Positions 39,761 to 53,177 of a DNA stretch of 64,000 nucleotides are shown here, piece after piece. The position numbers and the translations under genes were made by a program. The stretch covers positions 8,666,221 to 8,730,220 of the forward strand of contig OZ199839.1 of the NCBI GenBank assembly GCA_964304625.1, written 5' to 3'. Within the stretch, counting starts at the first letter, position 1. Each line of letters starts with the position of its first letter. This DNA comes from Kudoa neothunni (taxonomy: Eukaryota; Animalia; Cnidaria). A model generated the notes under the pieces. It made no database searches. It had not been told where the DNA came from and saw nothing but the letters and a program-made list of their open reading frames with translations.

Positions 39761-39991
39761 CTAATATAAATTAAAAAGAAATATCTTGGATTATTAAAGA
39801 ATATATTAATCCCTATACACAACCCCCGTCTGAAAAATATAAACTCATAACTTATTTATAATATTATCTTTTCTACGATAGTGATAAGTAAATTAAAAAT
39901 TTGATTTTTATCCAATCATTCGGCTTCGCCCCAATAACTGGATCATTTAATTATAAAATCTTTAAAGAATAAAAATATTCTTTAGCTTTAA

Positions 39992-42341
39992 CCCATTAAG
40001 ATTCTACCATTTAAAAATTTTTTAAAACATAGTTTGTTAAGTCTTTTTCAAAAATGACTATATAAGCTTATATTTTTAAAATTATGACAAAGTTGAGAGA
40101 TATACAACAATTTTTCAGAAAGGCCAAAAAGGACCCAATAAACTCCCGAGGAAGTGCATGCGCGAAGTAAAACACAAATATATAATTTATTAATCGAATT
40201 TTTTTAAATATATTTATCCAAATGAAAAGTATTCAAATATTTAAGATGAAATCTCGACGAAAACTTCTCATAATAAAGGTATGTTTTCTTGTGGCACACA
40301 ACACATCTGAGTCGTCTTTTGTTGGCATCACTCACAAGTACGACTCCAGAACACATATTCGTTGAATTATTAAGCTGAAACCGAGACCTCTTCCTCATAA
40401 TTAAATAACTTGTAGAGTTGTTAGACTGGCAATAATTTGGCGTGTATGTCGAATCAATGTTATTGTAGGGTCGTTAAAGTGGCGTATTATTTTCTATGAA
40501 TTGGTGTGACACATGGAAATAAGATTAGTGAATAATGGTCAGTACCATTTTTACCTTTTATTTTGATTCTGTAGTTTGCAATCGCGTTATCAGCTAGATC
40601 CACACATCCCATATTCGCACTGTGATCACTAACAATCTTGGGCTGTGTTATGTTAATGTATTTTTTTCTTTTTTTAAGAATCTTTTAGTTGATCCAATAG
40701 GAAAACACGAAACAAAATTACTCATCAGCATCACAGGTTTTGTATCGTTCCATTGAACACAAAAAATACTTTGTTTATCGCTATAAACTTCAAAAGCACC
40801 CCTTGGCGATTTGGAAAACTGTTTTGATAGCTTAAGTGGAAATCGATTTGTCCGATTCATTCTAATTGTAGCAGTAGCATTTATTTGTATTCTTGTAGAA
40901 TTTTAAATAATTTATACGATGAGAAAAAATTATCAAAGTAAACTTCAACTTCAGAAGTATCACCGATTTCCTCGACAAAATCCATGGTCGCAATTTCACC
41001 TAAGCCATTATAAGTTTTATCTGTCGCTTGTTTTCTACAATAGATTTTAAAACTGTAAATGTAACCATGCTTGTTAGCCATTAACCAAAGTTAAAAACCA
41101 TATCGAAGGGGCTGGCCTTTTAGAAACATCTTGCCCAAATGCATTCCATAATACGTACCATTTGTTCGCCTATGGATAAAATTTTATCGAAGAAACAGAA
41201 TGATTTGAAATTTTGGTTTAGTTTTTTTTACTAAAAGCCTAATCTTAAATAACTTGTCGGATTTGTCGATACAATCATTATTGTTAAAATGGATGTATCT
41301 ATTATTTATTTAAATCATTAGTGTCCGCTTTTTTTACAATGGTGACTCAGGAATCTTCATTCATCCCCTAATACATTTTTTTGGCTTGGTGGAATATGAT
41401 AACCTGAGAGAATTAAAATCCCAATGAAAGTTTTCAATTCGGACACAGTTAGATTGAGTGGTTATTCTTCTGTCTAGCATATAAATTCGACTGTTTTACA
41501 ATATGCAATAGAACGCTGTCATCCAAAAATTTGTTGAACGTTTCAAATAAACATGAAAATTATAAAAATTAATTTTGAAAGATATCTACCTTTATATGCA
41601 CTGTCTAGCGATGGTTTCGAGATAGGTTTATTAACTGTTTTGGAGGAATTGGTTGGTAAAACCTTTTCCCATTTAACATTACTGTATTTAACAGCACTTT
41701 TAGTTTCTTGTGTTTGAAGTTTAAACAATTGGACACGCCCAGAAACATCGGGGATGCCATTATTTTCCAATATATTATCTTGTATGGGAAATAAGTTATC
41801 TTTTCAAGTCAGTAAGGGCGTCAACATTATCTGGAAATTCTTCAAAAGTATCTTCGCTAAGTTCACCGATTGCATCACTTAGTTTAATGTACTCAGTAAT
41901 GTCAGCCATGTCAATCCTACCTAGCGCCTGTATGTCTCGAGGGTTTGTCGTTCCCATTTCGACCCACCATTGTAACTTGAATATTAACTGATGTTTATGT
42001 ATTATTTTCTATTACAGGCATTTCGAGGGTTAAAAGACAATATATTTTAAGAGAACAAAAATTAAAAATATTTTCTGATATTTAGTCTATGTTATTGTTC
42101 TATTATAGGCATGTGTGCTGACCGATAAAAAGAGATGTATATTAAAATGTTTAGAATTCATAAATAACTTTACAAATAATTTTTAAATAATAGGACCACG
42201 TGTATATTTATATGGAAATTCATTAGTTAATAGTCGCAATATCAAACTCTATAGACGGCACCTAAACAGGAGCCCAAAAGGATCCAACAAACTTTAATCA
42301 TTAAAGTTTGTTGGGATATCGATTTCCGCATCGTTAGAGGG
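39992..42341 (-). mobile_element. Second full-length (~2.35 kb) decayed piggyBac transposon, different subfamily
   Basis: TTAA|CCCATTAAGATTC at the left and GCATCGTTAGAGGG|TTAA at the right. Related subterminal motifs at about 40030-40047, 40121-40144 and 42270-42314. Confidence 0.8.
40204..41910 (-). pseudogene. piggyBac transposase pseudogene
   Basis: ELKTFIGILILSG, IHFNNND, EQMV..YGMH..KMFLKGQPLRYGF, DNFFSS, QWNDTKPV, MGCVDLAD and the degenerate Cys-rich end RLRCVVCHKKT. Many stops and frameshifts. Confidence 0.9.
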
Positions 42342-42780
42342 TTAATAACGTAAACAATGTTACGTAAGAAGGTAGAGTTTATTCTGACTTCAAAAATTAT
42401 ATTATTTTCAAATAATAAGAATTAGCTTACTTAAGTTCTTTGTAATAATTTTTTCCAATCAAGTCAAGCCCAAAATATTAATATTTTAACCTGGGAATTC
42501 GGTAACATAATTTGACCAGATTTCAAATTAATAAAAATTATAACTACTGTTAGAGTCACAAAAAACTAATTCAAAGTCAATATAAATGGAGAAAAATCTT
42601 TTGAAATCACATAATTTCATAAAAATAAACATCGGATATCCTATTTTCTCTCTAAAGTTCCATGCAAAAATTCAAAAAAACAATAATTGTAACTAATGGC
42701 TTCGACATCAAATAATGCTACATGATCGAATAATTTTATTAATAAATACTACCTATAAACTATAGTTAACAAAAATTCAT

Positions 42781-45763
42781 TCAATCTCTTTTCTTCTTCA
42801 TTACCACGATTCCAACTATCGCTAAGACCACAACCACAGCAATACACGCAAAAATGATTCTATAAAAGGTTAGTTCAAGTATCAGAATTTAAAAATGTTT
42901 ACATAAGTTTTGTTTTATCCCTAAAAAATATTTAATAAAATAAAAAAATATTACTAAGCTCACCCTGAACTACTCTTTGCTCCTACGATATATAACATTA
43001 AATTAAATTATCAACAAATAATATACCTTGTTGAATGTCAGCACCACCAAAAATATTATTATTTCGTGCACTGTAAACAGTTAAATAATAGTTATTTCCA
43101 TCAGGTAAATCATTTATTTTGAATTCTTTACAAATCACAAAGGCGGTACATTTGTCGACATCTCTTCCCATGCAAGATTTTACTACAGCATTAGACTTGA
43201 CACTGCTGTTACGTAACTCCCATTTGCATTTTGATTTATCGTTCATAGTGGCTGGAAGTGTGGTGGTTACAATGAAACTGTTCCCATCACGTGTAATGAC
43301 GACTGATATCAATTTTGAGGAGTCAGTTGGGTTTACTTGTGGTGCACCTAATATAAGTTTCGTTTAAAAAATTCTTAATCGAGACATTAATTGTAATACT
43401 TGATTCCATGATAAGCTCTTTTGGTGAAGATTTTCCGATAGCTGTGACTATAATTTTGTATGTATTTGCTGCTTCATACTCAGGGAATTTTATGGAATTG
43501 CAAAGAGGATTTGATGAACATGTGTTTATGCTGTTAACGGCACCAGCAAGTTGTGTATCTGAAGTATCTGCGACTGCAGATTTTGCTGCAGGCATTAGAC
43601 CATCATCTATCACCATTGGTACAGCAATTCTAGCTATGTTGAGATCTGCAGAACTTGAACTGGGAGGAGCAGCTGCTGGGGGTGTCGGTGCTACTTGGGT
43701 GGAAACAGGCATCGCTACTTCCGACACCATTGGACATGTGTAGAAGTCTATGTAATCGTTACCGGTCTTCTTTTGTATGATATAACTGCATATTGCACTT
43801 GGATCCACAGAATTTAATCGTGCCTTTAATGACAAACCATCCAATGTGATCTTGTGTGTTATCGTTAATGTTGTTAATGCTATTAAAAATTTAAAGATTA
43901 GATAATAACTTCAATAACCTGTTTGTATATTTGTGTAATCTTTTTTGCCGTAATCCTTATGTGCTATCACTCTGATGTCATAAGGTTTGTTTGGCTCGAG
44001 GTCTTCTAACGTAATTTGTTCACTGCAAATTCCTCTACATGGGATATTGCCATTGCATTTCGCATGGAAAAAGCTGTCCAATCCAGTCGGACTCACCAAA
44101 TACTCACAGGTAGGTTCATCTTTCTTTTGTGCAGAGTCAGTTGTGGTGGCAGCTATAGCTGTAAGAGAGAGTGTTGTATCTGTCTTTGTAAGATCAGTAG
44201 TTCCATAATCTTTACTTTCTCCGTTTGCTATATAATTCGTTATTTTATAAAATAAATAAAATTATTCACTTGTTCTTATGAATATTTTCTCTGTATAACT
44301 TGCTGGGAGACTAGTGCCTTGAAATTTTATCTCCATCATGTATGCTTTCCCCGCTGTAAGTCCTTGAATCGCCCATTTTGTTGTGCAATCAGTTTTACAA
44401 TTGCCATTATCTGCACTGGTACTATCACATTTTGCGAGGGTTAGAGCGGTTGGTCTTAGTTTATCAGCAAAATAATGTTCAAGAGTACACTTAGTAAATG
44501 TTGGTGTAGTTGCTGCTTTTAGTGAGGTACCATCAAAATTAACACCAGTACTGGTATAAGAAGTAAGCAATCCCTCACTTGGTTCAGTAAATGCTAAAGG
44601 AAATAATAAAAACACAGATTAAACTACGGATTACCAAATTTAGTTTGTTTGTAACCTTCCAAACTAGTACCAGCGGAGTTTATGTCGTGTTGCCTTGTTT
44701 GGATCAAAATATCATAAATCAACTTGCCTTCAATACCATTTAACATAACATCCTTACAAGGAGCATAACATCTTTTATCATTACCACCACAAACAGACGT
44801 ATATGATTGACCCTCTGCTTCAGTTAGGCCATTTTTAAGACTGAACAGACATATTTCAGATGATAGGGAATTGGTAAATTTAATTCCCACTTTGTGTTCA
44901 GCGTTGACAACAATGTAAAACTGAGGCTGATAAATAGCTATGTTTTTCCTCATATATTGATTGGGCATATTGTAAAAGAAACTGGGATATTTTTCGCATC
45001 TTAATTCGTAATGCGGTAACAATAGATCAAAATCAACTTTTTTAACGTTTTCTTCAATACAATTGCTCACAATGGTAGTATCTGTATATTTAATATCTTT
45101 ATAATAAATGTGACAGTTTACAGGTGCACAAGTTTTTGCACTGAATTTCAGCTTGTTATTATCGGTAGTGTCTGTAGACACGGTAATTTGTGGATTAGCC
45201 AATAATGCTAAATTCAGTTTATTTTTGTGTTAAATTTAATCTATTTACGTATCGAATAACCGAACACTTTTGATCCCGCACCTTGAGTTTTCTCTTTAAC
45301 AGCATCTGTGGTATCGCCTACGTAGACGAATATGTATTTGGTTCTTGGTGACATTTTACTGTAATCAAAAGTATTTGTAGCAGTGTCACAGTTAACAACA
45401 CATTTTCCATTAAGATTAGAATCACTAACTTTAGCAGCGCAGCTGTCGATGTCTGTAAATGCAGCTGATGTCGTACTCGCTGTAATTTCTGCTTCGTTAG
45501 ACCGTTTTATTAGACATTTTTTGCCTGTTCCAAATTCAGAGCCTCCAAGATTGAGTTTAATTTCTTTTGTATCATCATTTTGTTTCTTCACAATCTGATA
45601 TTTCAGGGTTTTCGTTGGAGGTGTAGGTGCAGGTGGAGCTTGTGGACTTGAACGTCCATCAGTATTAGCTGTGCTTGATATCAAAGCACCTAGACTTACA
45701 TTATTATTAAAATTAAGTCCGGAAAATACCTAAAACAAGACAGAGAAATCCAGCTATTTTCAT
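42781..45763 (-). CDS. Type I membrane protein with signal peptide, ~7 Cys-containing FN3-like repeats, TM helix and KKKRD tail (10 exons)
   Basis: Exon 1 encodes MKIAGFLCLVL|G. Domain exons end in FN3-like L.P...Y.I.V motifs (MSPRTKYIFV, IEGKLIYDILI, LTAGKAYMMEI, LEPNKPYDIRV, YEAANTYKIIV, LPDGNNYYLTV). Micro-exons of 19 and 18 nt precede the last exon IIFACIAVVVVLAIVGIVVMKKKRD*. All junctions are GT-AG and in phase. Confidence 0.88.
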
Positions 45764-46429
45764 GGTTGACAATTAAATGGCCTACTAATTGATGATTCGG
45801 AATACAATTGACCCGAATTTCAATAATTTATGGATATAACGATTCATTCATTATCAGATAACAAGACTTAAACTAGATAAGAATTATTCAAGTTATTAAA
45901 AAATTAATCTCAACAATATTTTTGCTATTTGGCTCATATTGATGTGGTATGTTAATTATGACTTTGAATGGAATCAAATTTTTTTTCACGGCATATTTTT
46001 AGGCAATATCGAAATAAAATGTTAAGCTTTAGCAAAATAATGATAAAACTATTCATTATATAGAATATTTAATATTTTTTCAATAATTTATTGGATGAAT
46101 CAAAGTCCTCGAGACATATAAATCATGTCTCAATAAACATATCAATTCTGTTTATTGGACCAATGCGGAAAGATTCCGAGACGCGTTAACTGAGTATTTT
46201 TTCTAATGTAACCTAAAAGAAAAAATAATTACTTTATATATACATTTTCACATAAAATCACTTCTTTTAATTTTTAAATAAAAGCGGAAAAATTTATATA
46301 AAATCATATGTGAAATTATTCAATAAAAATATAAATTATATTACGTTAACCGAAGAAAATTGGTTCGATGTTAAAAATGGATTTAACAATAAAAATTGAT
46401 ATAAACTTGATAATAGAAATCACTTGATT

Positions 46430-47020
46430 TTTCATTCATAATAATCCATCAAAATAAATTTCATGTCTAGAGATTATTCTCAATTATAAACGTTTTTATG
46501 AACTACCATATGAGTTATTTATGCATTTTCCAATTAATAACAACTGTTTAACTACAGTTTAAGTGATACTTTATCAAATATCACTCAATAAATGCATCTA
46601 ATAATGTATCGATTCGATTAGATATTATTCAGATTACTAAAAATAGTTAAATTGCTATAATTTAGTAAAAATGTTTTGACTATGGATAAATTTTCGACAT
46701 TCTACAAGTCTGAAAAACAACTGTTAATAATAACTTATTCTGAAACTGGTTTCGGTGGAATACAATGAAAAAAATATTATAAACAGTTTTTTGCACAATT
46801 TATACTCAAAATCGTATTCCTTCAGGGTGTAATACAGAAACTAGTGTATAACATGGAGATTATATTGATTACAACACTGTCGCATATGCAATTAGAAGAA
46901 AAATTAATTTTTATAATTTTGAGGAAATTTTGGTTCGCTCCAGATGAGAAGAGTATATACGATTTTTTATAACCGTTTCCGACGAAAAAAGTCATAAAAA
47001 ACGCTAAAAATGCGGAGCCA
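46430..47020 (+). repeat. ~600-bp dispersed repeat, copy 2
   Basis: Collinear with 38490-39095 in the same orientation and clearly diverged. Confidence 0.85.
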
Positions 47021-47454
47021 CAAAATTTAAATGATAACTAATCTCGTTGGGCATTAAACTTAACCTTCTTTTTAAACATTCGATAACTAACATTACATCA
47101 TGCTTATTTAGGTCCCCTTATCAATATCGTATATTAGGATTTACAAGAAATGATTTTGATACATTAAAGTTAAATTTCCTTTTATAAAATATTAATTTAG
47201 AACAAAGGGTTAAAAGATTCAATGGACAGTTAAAAATTACAAAAATCATTTTCCACGGATAAATTTGGTTTATATATTCCTGAAATTATTACACAAAATA
47301 TTATTTCTCTTTTTTAATTAAATAAATTATAAAAGAACTCTGTACGATAATAAAGAGACCTTATTTGATTAATTTATACATGGACTAATAAGAGACCCAC
47401 TGAGCCCTTTGTGTAATTATTTTTGGTGAGTTTTCAGGGTTAAGCATATAGATA

Positions 47455-48088
47455 TAGCGATGGATCGGTCGGTCGTACGTACGTACTCTTCGCGCAGGCG
47501 CCACAAATTAAAACAAAAAAACTAGCTATAACTTAAATATTCCTGAAAAAAACATCCAAAACGGAATCAGATATTAACTCCCGATTCTTTAAGTCATGTT
47601 GTTTAAAATAGTTGCCAAACTCTTCTAAGTAAAATAACGCTGTCTTTGAAAGGTTTATTGTTTTATTAATAAAATTATCTTCCGTTTCTGAATCGTTAAG
47701 GAGGGACTGCCATTGTGCCGTTGATATTTCTATGAATTAGAGAGGACATCATTATAAAACAACATTACTACATGTCTACAACATGTGTCTATGGTTATCC
47801 TTCGTTTTTTAACTAGCTACCACATTGATGTAACTATATAAACTTACTAATTGTTTAAATGTGATAAAAAGAAAGAAAACGCTTAATTTAAGCATACGGT
47901 CAAAGCAAAAAAGGTACGTACGGCATATCATCACGTGACTTTTATATTTCGTTTTTTCGTATTAATTATGCTTAAAATTCTTTAAAGAGAGTAATAATAA
48001 TATTAAATCATTTTTAAAATTATTTTAAATACGAGAGAACCTTTTAATATGTACAATAACTAATGTACGTACGACCGTTCCATTACTG
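47455..48088. mobile_element. Non-autonomous TIR element (~630 bp), superfamily uncertain (hAT-like ends)
   Basis: Left TAGCGATGGATCGGTC(GGTC)GTACGTAC versus right reverse complement CAGTAATGGAACGGTCGTACGTAC. Confidence 0.65.
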
Positions 48089-49291
48089 TATATCAAATTA
48101 ATTTTAAAATTTTGAAAAATTGTTATATTATTAATAATATTGAATTTAAATAACACGTAATCTATTCAATAAATCCAACCGACATTTTAACAATCAAAGT
48201 TTCAAAATAGTTTCTCGTTTTCAGAACATTACCGAAAAATTAGGTGCGAATTCGATTTTTAATGTTATCCAAATTTTCCACTTTACAAGCGTCAACCTCA
48301 AATATTTTATTATTAATTATTCCGATGATTCAGCTAAATAAGCATAACAAAATTCTTCTAATAATATTTCCGATGTTTAACCTACTGCCCAGTGAAAAAT
48401 AATTTTTTCAGAACAAACAAATACAAATAACGAGAAAATCCGACACTTTAAGTTAAAACATCCTAATTTAATAAAAAAATATTTTCTTAAAAAATAAACC
48501 ATATTTATTACTCAAACGAGGACAATACCTCAGATGAATTGCAAAATTATCTAATCTTTCGACAAATATAAACCTATTTCAACAAAATATTGGCCATTTA
48601 TTTATCAAAAAGACTTAGTTGATGAAAACAAAATTATAAATTAAAAGCAACAAGGAATAGAGAGGAGAATTATTTACACAGTCAGTTCAAGGAATGTCAT
48701 AATTGTGAATCGGTCAGCAGAGAAAATCAACACTCCAAACACAGAAATTAACATAACAAAATAAACATACATTAGAGATCACAGGTCTTTATTTTTAATT
48801 AATGTGCACAACTTTAGCGATACCAACGTCACCACAAATAATAAAACACATCATTGAGACAAAAACAGTGAATCGATATCCAACATATTCTGGAGGTACA
48901 GGACTAGTGTTTGGCACTAGTTTCATTGTATTAAAATATATGCGCAAACTGTCATGAAAGTAAGCAATAGATTACAGTGGAGTCAAAAAGGTTGATTTTG
49001 CCTATTAATTAACACATCCCAATGTTCAACAAAAACAGTGAAGTGAAAAAAAAACAACAATATAAATCATTTCTAATTTTTACCAATAATAGAATCAAAA
49101 ATACTTAAGATATAATGAAACATGTTTGTTTTAGTTTTGAGGATAAAAGATCAACAAAATTGCCGATTTCAATCTATTAATGTGACAGAAGATAAGCTTG
49201 CTATTTCAATAAAACTTTAGTATACAAAAAATCGCAAAAAACGTTCAAACTCGGTGATAGATACAATTAAATTGAGAAGGGATAAACAAAA

Positions 49292-51614
49292 TTAACACCA
49301 CAACTTGATAAGACCATCCCAACTGCATGTTAAAATTTTCGATGGTTCATGAGGTAACCATGCACATCCAATAACAACTTTTTTATGAGCATCGAAACGA
49401 CTAAAATTCACATTAGAAATATTTTATTAAGAACAGTAAAATCCAAAATAGATACCAAACGAGTTTCGATTTTTTCCAAGTCCAAATATTTAACTTTCCT
49501 TGTCCATCCCCACTCATAAGATATTTGCCATCAGGTGAGAAACACGGTTGGCAGGCATATCCGGAAGTCTATTGGACAGAGAAATTAATTGAGTTGGTTG
49601 TTGAAAAACTCTAAAAAACTTACCACATGACCACGGAAAGACTTTCTCTTTTCACGAACATTATTGAACAGATCGAAAATCATAATTCTGTTGTCCATGG
49701 ATTGGCCAGCCAACCATCTACCGTTATTAGACTTGCACACTGCAGGTATCGAATGCATAGATGGATCAGCAATATATTTGGTGTCAACAGGTATATCCCT
49801 ATAGAAAAACAAAAAAGACGTTAGATAAATAACTGAAAATAAGTAGTGAGAATCATTAAAATAAAATGATTACCATTCCCAAACACGAACACTCTTATCA
49901 TCGGAGGTGGTAACAATACGTTGGTTGTTGTCGAAAAATGATACAGTATTCACAGGACCAAGATGTCGATCGTATTCTTGAACTATTTGATTTTCTCTGA
50001 TATCCCACTAACAAATACCAAACAATAATCAACTCAAATCTCTCGTTTTCAATAAAAAATCAATCAAGTACTGTGATCATTTTGAAATTGACCATTCCAG
50101 CAATAAACAAATGTTGTTTGTCCTACAATATTCGTAATTGGTAGCATTAAATACACTAATTCATACCTCATCAGGATGGAATTTGATACAGTATGGTATT
50201 TTGTTATGGGTGAACTTTTGAATGCATTTTCCGGTTTCAGTATCCCATAATTTGATCCAGCGATCGTAACTAGCACTCAAAAATTGTGTACCGTCATTGG
50301 TGAAACACAGATCACGGATAGCCTCTCGATGTCCTTCGAAGGTGTAGACCAATTCACGCTCTTTGTATGTTTGCCAAAGTTTAATTTTCGCATCCATCCC
50401 TCCAGACAACATCAAATGGCCCGAATTAGGAAACACACGCAAAACTGACACCCCTTTGGGATGAGCTTTCCAAGTGTAATTGAGTTTTTTTGGAATAAAA
50501 CACTCGTTAGGACTATCTTCACGCTTCAAATTCACGTCCACATCCACTGGAGGATGAAGGAACGAACGGCCTTGATAGTCGTACGGTGTTTTCACTAAAT
50601 CGTTCAAATATATCAAATTTAATTAATTAAATTAAATTAATCGGTAAAATTACAATGAAGTGTGAATTTTTCTTCGATTGTTGGAGGCTCATTTGCACCA
50701 CCGTCATCATCCAAATCACGTCGTTTATGAAAATCGAACGATTTGGGCGGTCTTGATTGTGCTTTTCTTTTTATTTTTTCAATCCGCATTTCCTCTAATT
50801 TTTCAAATTGCTCCTAACATTTCGAATCAACGTTAACTACTAATTCATCACAAACAATCCCACTTCAGAAGGTTTCGCTGTTTGATTGATTCCAATATAA
50901 TTGGCCCATGGTCCTTTGAAATTTTCAACATCACCTGGATCCCCTCTTGGTTCCTTCTTTTTCAAGCGAAAATCCTCATCAGTATTCAAGTTTGGTGTGT
51001 GTGTCTTTATGACCATTCTTAATTAATAGCAAATGCATTTTATACACCTCCTAAATAAAATATAGTTACTGTTTTGAACTTTGGCTCGGATCAACCGCTT
51101 CACCACTGGCCGTGAAATCTACACGCTGCTTCTCAAACATAACCTCATTCAAATGGGCCTCTTCAACGTATCCGGTGTAGATGTTACGTGTCTGTTTTTC
51201 AGCGTTTGATTTAAATGGATTTTCTGGCCCAACCTAAAATATAGAGTAATTTTTTTTCCCCGTCGAAGAATTAATATGGTTTATTCATATTAATATTAGT
51301 TATCATTGTTGTAGGGATTAAAATAAAATTGATGATTAATCACTTTCACGGCGTACAATTCTTCAACTGTTGGATTGTACAACAGAACCTTGTCTTTATC
51401 GTCAACAAATTTACATTCTTCACGAATATTCTAAACACATACAGTCGGTGAATATATATATCCGTTTTGAAAACCACAATACCGTTGGATGAACAAATGG
51501 TGCCACTGAAAAATTTAAACTTTTCTCTTTATTATCAATAATATCGTTATTTTTTGAGAGGTCTTGATGGTCATCATCATCTGTTTCACCGTAGGAAGCT
51601 CTGATAAAATTCAT
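49292..51614 (-). CDS. CDC40: Pre-mRNA-processing factor 17 (CDC40/PRP17), WD40 repeats, multi-exon
   Basis: [22 protein letters not shown]|[103 protein letters not shown]. Confidence 0.96.
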
Positions 51615-53177
51615 TTTACGAGAACGTGCGACAATGGCCGAATCCGGAATATACCCTTTTTTGTGCATTTTCGCGTTGTGAAAGAATATTTTTTAAATAG
51701 ACGCAATAGTGGTAGCATTTAATTATACATAAAATATCTTAAATTAACTATTTTTGTGTAATTTTCCCATTTAAATCTGAGGTTCACGTGTATTATTGGA
51801 CACGTAAAAAGTGTTTTTTATTTGAGATTAATTTATAATCAAATTTCAACGTTTATTTTTTAAAAATTAGAGGGTTATAATCGAAAACAACGACCCATAT
51901 TCAAAATAAATAATTATTTTTATATGTCTAATTTTAAGCGGCATTTTAATAAGTAAATGGTATACTTATGTAATACAATGCAACAAGACCCTCATGTAAC
52001 AGATGTCGTACGTAATTGCCACTTTATAACATTAAACTAAATTTGAATTTTCTAATTCTTATTTATAATAAAGAAAACACTTTTAATTATCAAATAAATT
52101 TAAAAAAATTATTGTTCACAGTAAAAAATATAAACCCAAATCAAGGCTATTACGTAATGCAGCGTTTCCACGTATTGGGAATTGTACCTAAAAGTACAAT
52201 TTGCACGATTCGTGCGTAAACGCGGAAATCATAAAGTCTATCTAACCGCGAAATTCAAAAATCTCTTAGGAGCAATATAAACCAATTCACTATTATGATT
52301 AAGTAGATGCGATAAGAAATTTTAAAAATGACTGTGAATAAGTATTGCCTGAAAAAAATGTCAACATTGAGGGGGATTCTAATTAGAGATGTAATTTTAA
52401 AATCGAAAGGTCTAGGTCTTTTGAACGATTCTCGAAAAACTTTAAATAAGGCCTCAATCGTCATGTTGATAACAAAGTTTATAAGGGGATATTTTAAATA
52501 AGAGTGAATGGTGGTTTTGTTAACAGTGATGATATCATTTTAATGACGAGAAAATTCGCTTCAAAGGCAAGCAGTAATAATAGCGATAATTATAACCTCA
52601 GAAGGTTTAAAGGATTTAAAGTATTTAAAGACTAGGTTAACTTAAATCCTGGACGCCGAGAATTTTTTGATAGCTGGAAAAAATATTTGATAACATATAT
52701 GACATTTTTAAAGTAAAATAAATCATATGTAACATTTTTGAATTGGATTTCGCTAAAATAAAAAAGTAACATGCATGATGCTATATGGCACCAAATTTTC
52801 AAAACAATTAATGCGTATGCGAGAAAAATTAATCGATGTATATATTTTGATTATATTAAGCCATTGTTTACAAATCAAATACAAAATAAATTTTTAATTC
52901 ATTTTAAAAGAGCGAAAAATGTTTACTTCCTTATGATAGATACGAATAGGATTTTTATTTAATTTTCATTTTTCCGGAAACTTGACGAAGATAATTGAGA
53001 ATCGTTTTCTAATTTTTTTTAACATTTGATATCGTTATATCTAACAACTCTTACATAATTCGTTATCTTCAGACAACCGCAAAAATTAGATATGAAAATT
53101 CATTAGGATATGAAAGTTGGTGCCAATTAATATTCATAACAAGTACACAGATAAGAGTGAAAAAATAGAATAAGATT

